Positions 10,575 through 20,000 of a stretch of DNA of 20,000 nucleotides are shown in pieces. Both the position numbers and the translations under genes were made by a program. Location of the stretch: assembly GCF_004010195.1 (NCBI RefSeq), contig NC_057719.1:66642917-66662916 (forward strand). The letters run 5' to 3'. This DNA is from Chiloscyllium plagiosum. Lineage: Eukaryota. Within the stretch, counting starts at the first letter, position 1; the number at the start of each line of letters is the position of its first letter. The notes beneath the pieces were generated by a model, which did not search any database, was not told the DNA's origin, and saw only the letters and a list, made by a program, of their open reading frames with translations.

Positions 10575-10830
10575 TGAAGCTGTAAAGAGGGCTAAACCAA
10601 TGCCAGCGACCAAACTCATATTGATCATCAGTGATTAGGTTAGTGCTGAATAGGTGCGACTTCATAGCATTGTCATTGACACCTACCGTTACATTGCTAA
10701 TGTTTGGAATTACACTGATGGGAGAGGACAGGGTGGACAATTGGCAAAACAAGACTTGTCCTGCTTTTTTATGGAAATGGAATATCCAGACAATTTTCCT
10801 TATTGTCTGATAGATATCAGTGTTTTAGCC
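10575..10830 (-). mobile_element. Internal RT fragment of an old CR1-group LINE
   Basis: The minus strand reads IYQTIRKIVWIFHFHKKQDKSCFANCPP (PxxWKxAxVxPxxKK..xNYRP-like) and AMKSHLFSTNLITDDQYEF (QxGFR region). Confidence 0.75.
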
Positions 10831-11689
10831 AAAGGTAATGCTTCAGATTGAGATAAAAATCAATGGCAAACAAATGGAGTTTGTAGGAGAGATCTGAAGA
10901 CAGTAGTCTTGCTCTTTTAAAATTGTCTAGTTTGAACATATGTTATCACAAATGGCATTTTTAAAGGAAGCAAACACATGTGATACATGGCACAATGGTA
11001 TTTCCACTCATCAGTAAATTAACAGAACTGTTTAATTGCTGAATTCCTAGAGGGAGAGTCAAACTAGAGGGATGGAAGTAAAAAGAAAGGAGGGTAGTTG
11101 AGGAACACTGGAATTACTTATATAAACAGATCAGTAAGTAATCATTTGGTCATGAAACTCAAGTAACTTGGAGAAATTTATATAAGCTTTGCTGAAGTAG
11201 TTGATTCTTTGTGCTGCTGAGATTAAGCAGTCCCTATGGACCTATAAATTCACCATAGGTATTGTAAAAGCTGTTAAGTCAGTAATAGCCACTAGATTTT
11301 GAGTGAATCTGCTTGGAATGTTTCTTCACGTCAAACTCATTTTAAGGTTAATTGTGCAAACATATCAAGGTTGAAAATATAATTTCTGTTATATTTTACA
11401 AAGGTTGGAAGCATACAAATGAAATATCAACATTTCTTCCTGATAGTCAGGCTTTTTGATAATCTAATCAAATATTGCTGTCAGAATCAATATTTTAGCA
11501 GTCCATGTCCTTTTCGCTAAAATATTTCCCTAAATGCTCTGAAATATATTTGTGTACATGTGCAGAGTTCATACTCAATACTTATCTGTAAAGTTCTGAT
11601 CTTTTAGGCAAATAGATATAGTTAATAGACATGCTGAGGGGGCCATATATGTGGATATGTGTTCGTGCACTCCAGTGTTTAGCAAGACA

Positions 11690-11872
11690 TTGGTTAGCTC
11701 AGCTGGCTGGAAGGCTAGTTTGCAGTACAGAGTGATGTCAGCAGCGTGGGTTAATTTCCCACATGGTTTGAGGTGACCATGAAGGAGTGTCCTTCCCAAG
11801 CTCTCACCTCATCTGAACTGTGGTGACCCTCAGGTTAAACCACCACCAGTCATGTCTCTCTGATAAGACAGC
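11690..11872 (+). mobile_element. Short tRNA-derived SINE
   Basis: A box TAGCTCAGCTGG (11696-11707) and degenerate B box GGGTTAATTTCCC (~11748-11760). The body GTGGTGACCCTCAGGTTAAACCACCACCAGTC is recalled as a shark interspersed repeat. Confidence 0.7.
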
Positions 11873-12377
11873 AAGTGTGAATCATTTGATGCATTTTGTC
11901 CTGGGAAATTAACTGTTGTAGCATTCTCTAATTCAGGAAGTAAAGGCAGTGTTATTACTGGTCTGTTAGATATTATGATGTAGGAGATGTTTACAAGATC
12001 TTACTGAATAAATTACTTATAACCTTATTTCTGAGTCACAGAAATAAGTCTGGTATGTTTCCTTTGAAGTTCTTTGTCCCCTTCTGATTCAAGCGTGTTC
12101 TATGCAGAAAACTTCCAGTGATGAAATTTCCAATGGTTTTAATTATCAATCATACATAAAACATAAATACAAGTATCTGTGTTGTCTATTTTACCACATT
12201 TACGTGGCTACAAAACTAAAGTTTTCAAGCAGTCGAAGCCTGTTTAGAGGTCAAATTTCTGTGATTGTGAAACAGTCCCCTGGTGTACTTTAATTATACT
12301 GGCAAGTATTTTTGAAGATTTGCTTTTTCCTGCATGTCATCTCTTTTGTGTCTCTTTTAACACTTTTGGATTTACAC

Positions 12378-13225
12378 AGTGTTAGAAAGAGACACAAAGT
12401 CGAAGCTTTCTATCGTATACTCATCAGGACTGAGATGCAAGAAACCAAACTTTAGAAAGGGATCACCAGTTGACACAGAGAGAGAAGATCTTAGCAACAG
12501 ATGAAGCTAACCATTTTACATTGTGACTTTGCAGTAAACACATGGGTGGGATTCACTACTAATAGGAAGCTATTGTCAAGCCTAAAAAGAGGTTTTGCCA
12601 ACCACACAAAGGGGTAATGTAGTATATGAGTTTCAGTGCATTTGTTATGCCAGGTACGTAAGTTGTATGTACCAGCAACTGACAGACCATATCAAATAAC
12701 ATGTTCCTTTGACTATCCAAGGTGGGAAGCATATCAGTCATGCTACACCAACCCTTAGCTTGCGACTGTCTGAATGCCACATCAAAAATTAATTGCAACC
12801 CCCCAAATTGCCAAACTTGAATAAATAATCCTGATTGTGAAGAGAATTTGACCAGAAACCAGTTTTAAATGACCGGTTGGCTCATGGTGTTATATGTTTG
12901 CCTCTGCATATAGGCAAAAAGGAATTTATCCATCCATTGCACATTTTTCATTGAGAAAGGAGTCATTGAGACTGCCAGTGCCTATTGCATACCTCATGCG
13001 CAATAGCCTGGCTTATCTAAATCTATCTGTTTGGACTAAGTTAAATTAGTTAATTGGAATTGATAGTTAACAGTTTCTGCTGTATGCCCATACCAACCAT
13101 AATCCAACTAATCAACGCCATCTTCTTTCACAGTATAATTTTGTGTTCCCTTTTTGTTTTTTTGTGTGTCAGTCTTGATGTATGCAAGACAAAAAACTTT
13201 GATTTTTATGCCTCTTTTCAAAAAC
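12378..13225 (+). mobile_element. Old 5'-truncated Penelope-like element: inverted pLTR + GIY-YIG endonuclease remnant + 3' pLTR
   Basis: 12601-12720 translates to TTQRGNVVYEFQCICYARYVSCMYQQLTDHIK*HVP (VVY...YVG.T..R..H GIY-YIG pattern). 12383-12489 is a diverged reverse complement of 13120-13221, and both carry hammerhead-like cores. Confidence 0.85.
12398..12431 (-). ncRNA. Degenerate minimal type I hammerhead ribozyme motif
   Basis: Minus strand reads AGUC-CUGAUGA-GUAUACGAUA-GAAAGCUUC-GACU, with the CUGANGA and GAAA cores, a 4-bp helix I (AGUC/GACU) and a palindromic AAGCUU helix III. Helix II is degraded. Confidence 0.65.
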
Positions 13226-13693
13226 TTTTCAGTTTGTTTCTTTCATTCATCAGACTGTCCTTTCGGGTGATTTTCATTCTTTCCATGGTTTATTTTTGGT
13301 GTCGCCTTCGATTTTCAAACAATTCAACATTCATGGAGTTCTCTAAAGTTTCTAAAATTAAGGTTCTACATCTAATGCTAATGCAAGTTCATATTCTAGT
13401 GAATTCTCATGCCAAAGATAAAGACATTGGCTTTCAGTTTTTTTTTCTACAAGCACAAACTAAACTGCGGAATGACATCCTATTAGCAGATTAATAAATC
13501 AAAAATCCCAATTTACGAAAGATGAAGTTAAACTGAAGTTTTTTTTGGTTTATGGTCGATATGCAAACGTGTTTCTGAGCTTTTGACTCTTTCGTGAGAT
13601 TATCAGCATTTTTTAGATTGTGTTTTTTAGATTGGTATACATGAGGGAAGAGCAGTTGAGGATATTTAAGAATGGACTTTAGAGAAGTTAAGC

Positions 13694-13898
13694 GCTGAAA
13701 ATGTGTTGCTGGAAAAGCGCAGCAGGTCAGGCAGCATCCAAGGAACAGGAGAATCCATGTTTCGGGCATAAGCCCTTCTTCAGGCTTATGCCCGAAACAT
13801 CGATTCTCCTGTTCCTTGGATGCTGCCTGACCTGCTGCGCTTTTCCAGCAACACATTTTCAGCTCTGATCTCCAGCATCTGCAGCCCTCACTTTCTCT
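13694..13898. mobile_element. Palindromic non-autonomous Penelope pLTR-derived insertion with 17-bp TSD
   Basis: Inverted arms 13694-13774 and 13783-13863 (81 bp, 1 mismatch), 8-nt loop and 35-bp unique tail. Flanked by CTTTAGAGAAGTTAAGC at 13677-13693 and 13899-13915. Confidence 0.92.
13751..13784 (-). ncRNA. Minimal hammerhead ribozyme motif (probably inactivated)
   Basis: Minus strand reads CCUGAAGA-A-GGGC-UUAU-GCCC-GAAAC-AUGGAUUC, with a CUGANGA core, 4-bp helix II and GAAA core. The cleavage triplet is AUG here and AUC in the opposite arm. Confidence 0.7.
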
Positions 13899-14294
13899 CT
13901 TTAGAGAAGTTAAGCCAAAGTCCTAATAAAGACCAAAATTCACTGAGTATTTAAAAGGTGGAACGAGATATTTCAGATCATGAAAGAGCAGCTTAGTGTT
14001 AGCTGGATTTATGAGATAATCTGAGTCCATAATTATTCCTTCTGAAATATATATTGCAAAAGCCTAGACTTTGGAATCTTATTCAAGCCAATCATTCCAG
14101 AAGTGAAATGATGATGGTTTATGATTGGCATTGATTATTCAAATGAGGAGAAATTGTCCAAGATCCCAACGCATCATTGGGATTCATGTGCAGCAAGTGG
14201 TTTACTAGAAAATGACAGTGCAGCACGATTTTCTGACCAGTCTCCTAATGACCCCAGTAACTGTCTGAGGCTAGACAGCTCACATCCCTCATCA

Positions 14295-14902
14295 TATTTT
14301 TGACTCTAAGGTGAGCTTACAAATCCAGATCTAAGACCATCAATTTCTACTTTGAAAACATCACTCATCTGTCCCAGCTATTGTTACCTTCAGACTGCCC
14401 ATTCTAATGCACTCCCACATTCTACATTCCTTAAACCTTAGTCCATCTAAAGTTCTTCCACCATGCCTTACTCCACATAGAATCCTATTTATTCATCACT
14501 CCTTTGCTTCTGACCAACACTGGTTTCCTGTTAAGGAACACCTCCAAATTTAAACTTCTAACCCCTTTTATTTTCCAAAATTCTCTTAATTGGTTCTTCA
14601 TATCACCACACTCTTCTCCAGCCCTGCAACTTGCCAGTATATCTGGACTCTTCCACTTCAGTCCTCTTGAGGATCCTGATTTCTACCACTGGTGGCCATG
14701 CTTTCAACCACCTCGACCCTAAGCTCTCTCTCAACTCATCCATACCCCACTTTCTTCCTTTAAGACATTTCTTAAAACCACCTCTTTGACCATGCTTTTG
14801 GTCATCTGCTCTAATATTTTGTTAATATGGTATTTTGTTTTGTTCAGAATGCCCTGTGAAGCTCCTTCCAATGTTTCGTTCCTATAAATAAAGTTATTGT
14901 TA
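14295..14902 (+). mobile_element. Old L2-type LINE 3' fragment
   Basis: Degenerate VTxRLxxSNAL and ITPLLxDxHWFPVK (LHWLPV motif) segments, followed by TTCTTAAAACCACCTCTTTGACCATGCTTTTGG and an ATAAATAAAGTTATTGTT end. Confidence 0.8.
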
Positions 14903-15809
14903 TCACGTTGTTGTCTCAGTAAAACCTATCCATGAAACCAATAATTTGAACACTGTGCTCTGAAGAAATAGTCATCTCTCAGCTTTCCCCTGTTGTATGC
15001 CTCATTTCCCACTCCCCAACTCAAGTACATATACAGGCGGACATCTTGCAACTAGATGTTAATGAGGGAAATATTTGTGAGTTTGTGTCCTTTGAATGTG
15101 GAACACAAAGGATTCTTGTTAGGTTACTATTGTCAGTACGAGCTCCAAAAGTTAATTTTGCACCAGAACCTGTGCAAGCACTTATAAAGCAACACCTTCC
15201 ACATAGACCGAAGCGCACATTGTATAGTTCTTAAAGCAACAACCTGTTTCTGAAGTTCTGCCTACAAAAAAAAACAACCAGTCAGATGCTAAGGAGTATT
15301 ACTCCAAAATACTAGCACATTAGGAGTTTTTTGTGCATCCTCCTTAGGCTGACTCTCCAGACGAGATGGGATTATTATCAGGGGGCAGATATTGTGACGG
15401 GCTCTTCTGGACTGTCCTGGGATGGAGCTCCTTCAGTGTCTGGATGGTATTCCTCCTCACTATCAGTGCGCAGTAGCACTTCCCTGACTTTATGCACAGA
15501 AACACCTGGAGGGAGATAGAGGTGAATCATCTATGCATATCCAGAAGCCAAAATGTGTTCTGAGAGACCTCGACCTGATGTCAAGCACTGGACCAGGCAC
15601 TCAGGATTTGTGTCTGTAACTCACTAGTGTATTTACATCTGTGTATTTAGATACACCCACAGTAATCATGATTCAGACTTTGTAACTTTCTTCTATACTC
15701 TGATTCCACCTATTAATGTATTATTCCATATTGTGACTGTCACTGTCTCCCAGTATTCATTGCACCTTGCTTTTGCTCTCTGATATTATTTCTTCGTTCC
15801 CACATGCCT

Positions 15810-16500
15810 ACCCAGTTTGTTTAATCCCTATTCTATAACACTAGTAAATCACCAGAAAATGAACACAAACTTGATCTATTTAGATGCAACCCTTCCAGCC
15901 TGTACAGCTCCCATCTCAGACTGAGCTAATCTCAAGTCCAAAGAATCTAAAGCCCTGATTCCTGCACCATCTTTCCAGTAAAGCATTCATCTACTTTCTA
16001 TTGCTGTTCCTAAGTGTACGTGCACATGACACTTTGCATAATCCAGAGATCTCTACTTTTGAGATTGTTTTTGCTCATGTGTTACTTAGCTCCCGAAAGA
16101 CTACCTTCAGGGCTACATCACTGTTTCTGCCCATCATTTGTACTGACATGGACCACAACTGCTGACTGTTCACATTTTCAGTTCAGGACCCTGCAGCCAT
16201 GCAGTCACATTGACCCTGATACCAAGGAGGTAACACAAGATCCAGGATTCATGTCTGTGGCCACAGAAATGCCGGTTTATTTCCCTAATTATAGGAGTAT
16301 ATATAGTCACCTATCACCACTGCTCTTCCAGATTTCCCTTCACCCTACTGTAAAGCTGAGCCACCCAATGTGGCTTGGAATAGACTCTAGCTGCACTGCC
16401 TTGTTCTCATCAGTATTCAGAATACTGGTTGGAAGGTGGAATGCAGTAAGGGAGCTCCTGGACTAATTGCCTATTAATCATACTTCCTTCTCTCTCTGCA
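15810..16500 (-). mobile_element. CR1 LINE ORF1 fragment (SGNH/GDSL esterase-like domain)
   Basis: Minus strand gives PIIREINRHFCGHRHESWILCYLLGIRV (GDSIVRGxDRRFCG..RxSRMVCCLPGARV-like) and EQSAVVVHVSTND (block III GxND-like). Degenerate. Confidence 0.8.
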
Positions 16501-16521
16501 GTAGCTTAAACTGAGGGATTT

Positions 16522-16863
16522 GTTTTTAATTTATAAAGTGTGGGCATCAGTGGTTGGGCCACCATTTATTACCCATTCCCAGTTGCCCTCATGAAGATGG
16601 TGGTGAGTTGCCTTCTGGAACCACTGCAGTCCATGTCCTGTAGGTTCATGAGTGTCCAAATGTCCATTGTGGGTAGAGTTCCAGGACTTTAATCCAGTGA
16701 CACTGAAAGAATGCGAATGTCTGTGGATGTGATGCTGATCAAGTGGGCTGCTTTGCCCAAGGTGGTGTCAAGCTTCTTTGCTGTTGTTAGAGCTATGGTC
16801 TTCCAGGCAAGTTGGAGAATTTGATCATACTCCAGACTTGTACTTGTGGGGCTTTGGGGAGTT
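16522..16863 (-). mobile_element. 3' end of an old CR1-group LINE, internally deleted
   Basis: Minus strand gives KxQVWSMIKFS.LAW...LTTAKKLDTTLGKAAHLI (YKAQVRxxMEY..W..LDxIQxKAxRLI-like), then a 3' UTR whose tail resembles the SINE tail at 2966-3040. Confidence 0.75.
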
Positions 16864-16900
16864 TGTGCACTCTTGAATTTGGTACTGCTTCACTATTTCC

Positions 16901-17047
16901 CTGCTAGTTAATAACCTTGCCTATGCTAGTAAACCTTACTTCTACTAATAAACTTTTAACAATACTAATAAACCTTCCTACTGTCAATAAACCTTACCAG
17001 TAACAATAAATCTTCCTAACATTGATAAATCTTACTATTATTTAATA
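16901..17047. repeat. Degenerate ~19-bp minisatellite, about 7 copies
   Basis: The core AATAAACCTT/AATAAATCTT recurs at roughly 19-bp spacing. Confidence 0.75.
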
Positions 17048-17666
17048 TATTGAACTCTTGCCCGTGCTGTTCATAGCCTCAATGGTCTCTCTCTCTTCAA
17101 CTGACCTCTTGCCCTGTTTCTTTGTGTTTATAGTCTCCCTGGTCTCAATCTTAGACATCAATTTATTCCCACTAGTTTTTCCAGTATGTTTTTTTTGCAA
17201 TTGACTTATTATAATCCTTGGTGGCAATGGGCCATGGTTCTCATTACTTCAGGTATGTCATTTTGGATCTTTTAATTATTTCATGCCTTTGCCATTTCCT
17301 TATTCCCCATTAAAATGTCTCCTGTCTCAGCCTCTGAATAAACTACATTTACTTTCACTGCTTTCTTTTTGAATACTTGTATAACCTCTTATAATTTGTG
17401 TTCTTTTTATTTCTGTTCAGTTTACCCTTATATTTATTTACTCCCTCTTTATGAAAATTTCAGACATCCTTTGCTGGAATATAAATCTTTCCCAGCCCCC
17501 AGGCTTACTGTGCTACACAATAATATTGTAAGCCTTATCTTTCAATTAAATGCTATCTTTCCAATGCTTCAGTTGGCCATCTGTTGTCCTTTTTTCCTGT
17601 TTGATTATTATTTCTCAATGAAGTGTAGACTTGTTGTGGATTATGAAATATTTATTTAAACATTGA

Positions 17667-18035
17667 CATAGAATAGAGAATCATAGAATCCCTACAATAC
17701 GGAAACAGGCTCTACGACCCAACAAGTCCACACTGACCCTCTGAAGACTAACCCACCCAGACCCATTCCCCTACTCTATTACACTACATTTACCCCTGAC
17801 TAATGCACTTAACCTACACATCCCTGAACTCTATATGGGCAATTTAGCATGGTCAATTCACCTAATCTGCACATCATTGGACTGTGGGAGGAAACCAAAG
17901 CACCCCAAAGAAACCCACGTAGACACGGGGAGAATGTGCAGACTCCGTACAGACAGTGGCCCGAGGCTGGAATCGAACCCGGGTGCCTGGCACTGTGAGG
18001 CAGCAGTGTTAACCAATGAGCTATCGTGCTGCCCC
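17667..18035 (-). mobile_element. Full-length HE1-type (V-SINE) tRNA-derived SINE
   Basis: Minus strand starts GGGGCAGCACGATAGCTCATTGGTTAACACTG (A box) and has B box GGTTCGATTCC. The V-domain-like core is TTCTCCCCGTGTCTACGTGGGTTTC. The tail is CR1/HER1-like and ends in (ATTCTATG)-like repeats. Confidence 0.93.
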
Positions 18036-18187
18036 AAAGAACACTCTCATTTTCTTCCACAGTGAATACTAATGTAATGAGGTATCATGACTCATCTACT
18101 ATCAAAACCTTCCACTTTGCCTTAACCAATTTGCCACGATCCAGAATAATTGGTTTTATCAAATTCAGTACTCTATTCTAACTTATT

Positions 18188-20000
18188 AAGACCATAAGAC
18201 ATAGGAGTGGAAGTAAGGCCATTCGGCCCATTGAGTCCACTCTGCCATTTAATCATGGCTGATGGGCATTTCAACTCCCCTTACCCACATTCTCCCCATA
18301 GCCCATAATTCCTTGTGACATCAAGAATTTATCAATCTCTGCCTTGATGACATTTAGTGTCCCGGCCTCCACTGCACTCCGCAGCAATGAATTCCACAGG
18401 CCCACCACTCTCTGGCTGAAGAAATGTCTCCGCATTTCTGTTCTGAATTGACCCCCTCTAATTTTAAGGCTGTGCCCACTGGTCCTAGTCTCCCCGCCTA
18501 ACAGAAACAATTTCTTAGTGTCCACCCTTTCCAAGCCATGTATTATCTTGTAAGTTTCTATTAGTTCTCCCCTTAACCTTCTAAGCTCCAATGAGTACAA
18601 TCCCAGGATCCTCAGCTGTTCCTCGTATGTTAGACCTACCATTCCAGGGATCATCCGTGTGAATCTCCGCTGGACATGCTCCAGTGGCAGTATGTCCTTC
18701 CTGAGGTGTGGGGCCCAAAACTGGACACAGTACTCCAAATGGGGCCTAACCAGAGCTTTATAAANNNNNNNNNNNNNNNNNNNNNNNNNNNNNNNNNNNN
18801 NNNNNNNNNNNNNNNNNNNNNNNNNNNNNNNNNNNNNNNNGCTAGAATGCCCCCAGTCCCTTCATCCAGATCATTAATATATAACGTGAACAGGTGCGGC
18901 CCCAACACCGAACCCTGCGGGACACCGCTTGTCACCGGATGCCATTCCGAAAAAGAACCTCTTATCCCAACTCTCTGCCTTCTGTCAGACAGCCAATCCT
19001 CAATCCATGCCAGTAGCTCACCTCGAACGCCATAGGCCCTCACCTTACTCAGCAGCCTCCCGTGTGGCACCTTATCAANTTCCCTGGTCTAACCTACTTG
19101 TCACCTCTTCAAAGAATTCTAACAGGTTTGTCAGGCACGACCTCCCCTTACTAAATCCATGTTGACTTGTTCTAATCTGACCCTGCTCTTCCAAGAATTT
19201 AGAAACCTCATCCTTAATCGTGGATTCTAGAATTTTACCAACAACTGAGGTTAGGCTAATTGTCCTATAATTTTCCATCTTTTGTCTTGATCCTTTCTTG
19301 AACTATGGGGTTACAACAGCGGTCTTCCAATCATCCGGGACTTTCCCTGACTCCAGTGACTTTTGAAAGATCTCAACCAACGCCTCTGCTATTTCCTCAG
19401 CCACCTCCCTCAGAACTCTAGGATGTAGCCCATCGGGGCCAGGAGATTTGTCAATTTTAAGACCTTTTAGCTTTTCTAGCACTACCTCTTTTGTGATGGC
19501 AACCATACTCAACTCTGCCCCCTAACTCTCTTTAATTGTTGGGATATTACTCATGTCTTCCACTGTGAAAACTGACGCAAAGTACTTATTAAGTTGTCCA
19601 GCTACTTCCTTATCTCCCATCACTAGCCTTGCAGCATCAGTTTGAAGTGGCCCAATGTCTACTTTTGCCTGTCGTTTGTTTCTTATGTATTGAAAGAAAC
19701 TTTTACTATCATTTCTAATATTACTGGCTAGCCTACCTTCATATTTGATCCTCTCCTTCCTTATTTCTATCTTTGTTATCCTCTGTTTGTTTTTGTAGCC
19801 TTCCCAATCTTCTGATTTCCCAGTGCTCTTGGCCACTTTATAGGATCTCTCTTTTTCTTTGATACATTTCCTGACTTCCTTTGTCAGCCATGGCTGTCTA
19901 AGCCCTCCCCGGATAATCTTTCTCTTCTTGGGGATGAACCTCTCTACTGTGTCCTCAATTTTACCCACAAACTCCTACCATTTTTGCTCTACTGTCTTCC
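18188..20000 (-). mobile_element. Young CR1 LINE, ORF2 reverse transcriptase region and 3' UTR; continues beyond the window
   Basis: ORFs give [59 protein letters not shown] and EYCVQFWAPHLRKD. In-frame stops occur at ~19303 and ~19522. The 3' tail is AAGACCATAAGACATAGG on the + strand. Confidence 0.97.
18765..18840. other. Assembly gap (76 N); a further single N at 19079
   Basis: Ns read directly. Confidence 0.99.

Noticed and set aside
12024..12048. 10-bp inverted repeat around an AP-1-like TGAGTCA
   Set aside because: A single short AT-rich hairpin and a 7-mer are expected by chance in 20 kb.
13054..13494. 146-aa + strand ORF
   Set aside because: Non-ATG start, it straddles a PLE pLTR and flank, and it is Phe/Leu-rich from T skew.
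15130..15175. GSGAKLTFGART as a T-cell receptor J segment
   Set aside because: It lacks the second Gly of FGxG, has no convincing heptamer/nonamer RSS or downstream donor, and no other J-like segments are present.
17960..18035. tRNA gene
   Set aside because: The A/B boxes are the head of the HE1-type SINE and are followed by the SINE core and LINE-derived tail.
18271..19968. Active, intact retrotransposon ORF2
   Set aside because: In-frame stops at ~19303 and ~19522 plus gaps; this copy cannot be called intact.

Overview
This is AT-rich eukaryotic DNA made mostly of repeats, with no intact protein-coding gene I can support. The repeat families (HE1-type V-SINE, CR1/HER1-type LINEs, DeuSINE-like tails) suggest a cartilaginous fish, probably a shark; this rests on recalled consensus sequences, not a search. 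The window holds several CR1 fragments of different ages (one nested, one young copy at the right end containing assembly gaps), an L2 3' end, tRNA-derived SINEs and a decayed PIF/Harbinger transposase. Three Penelope-like element (PLE) insertions are linked to minimal hammerhead-ribozyme motifs. The most interesting structure is a ~1.2 kb tandem duplication (2281-3476 / 3650-4846) with a 173-bp chimeric PLE junction. That junction has an antisense pLTR piece ending exactly at the predicted hammerhead cleavage position, a 24-nt segment of the same template repeated ~2.4 times, and a sense RT fragment. Also notable are a 205-bp near-perfect palindromic PLE/hammerhead insertion with a 17-bp TSD, an older PLE with a GIY-YIG remnant and inverted pLTRs, and a possible decayed IQ-motif gene on the minus strand (low confidence).
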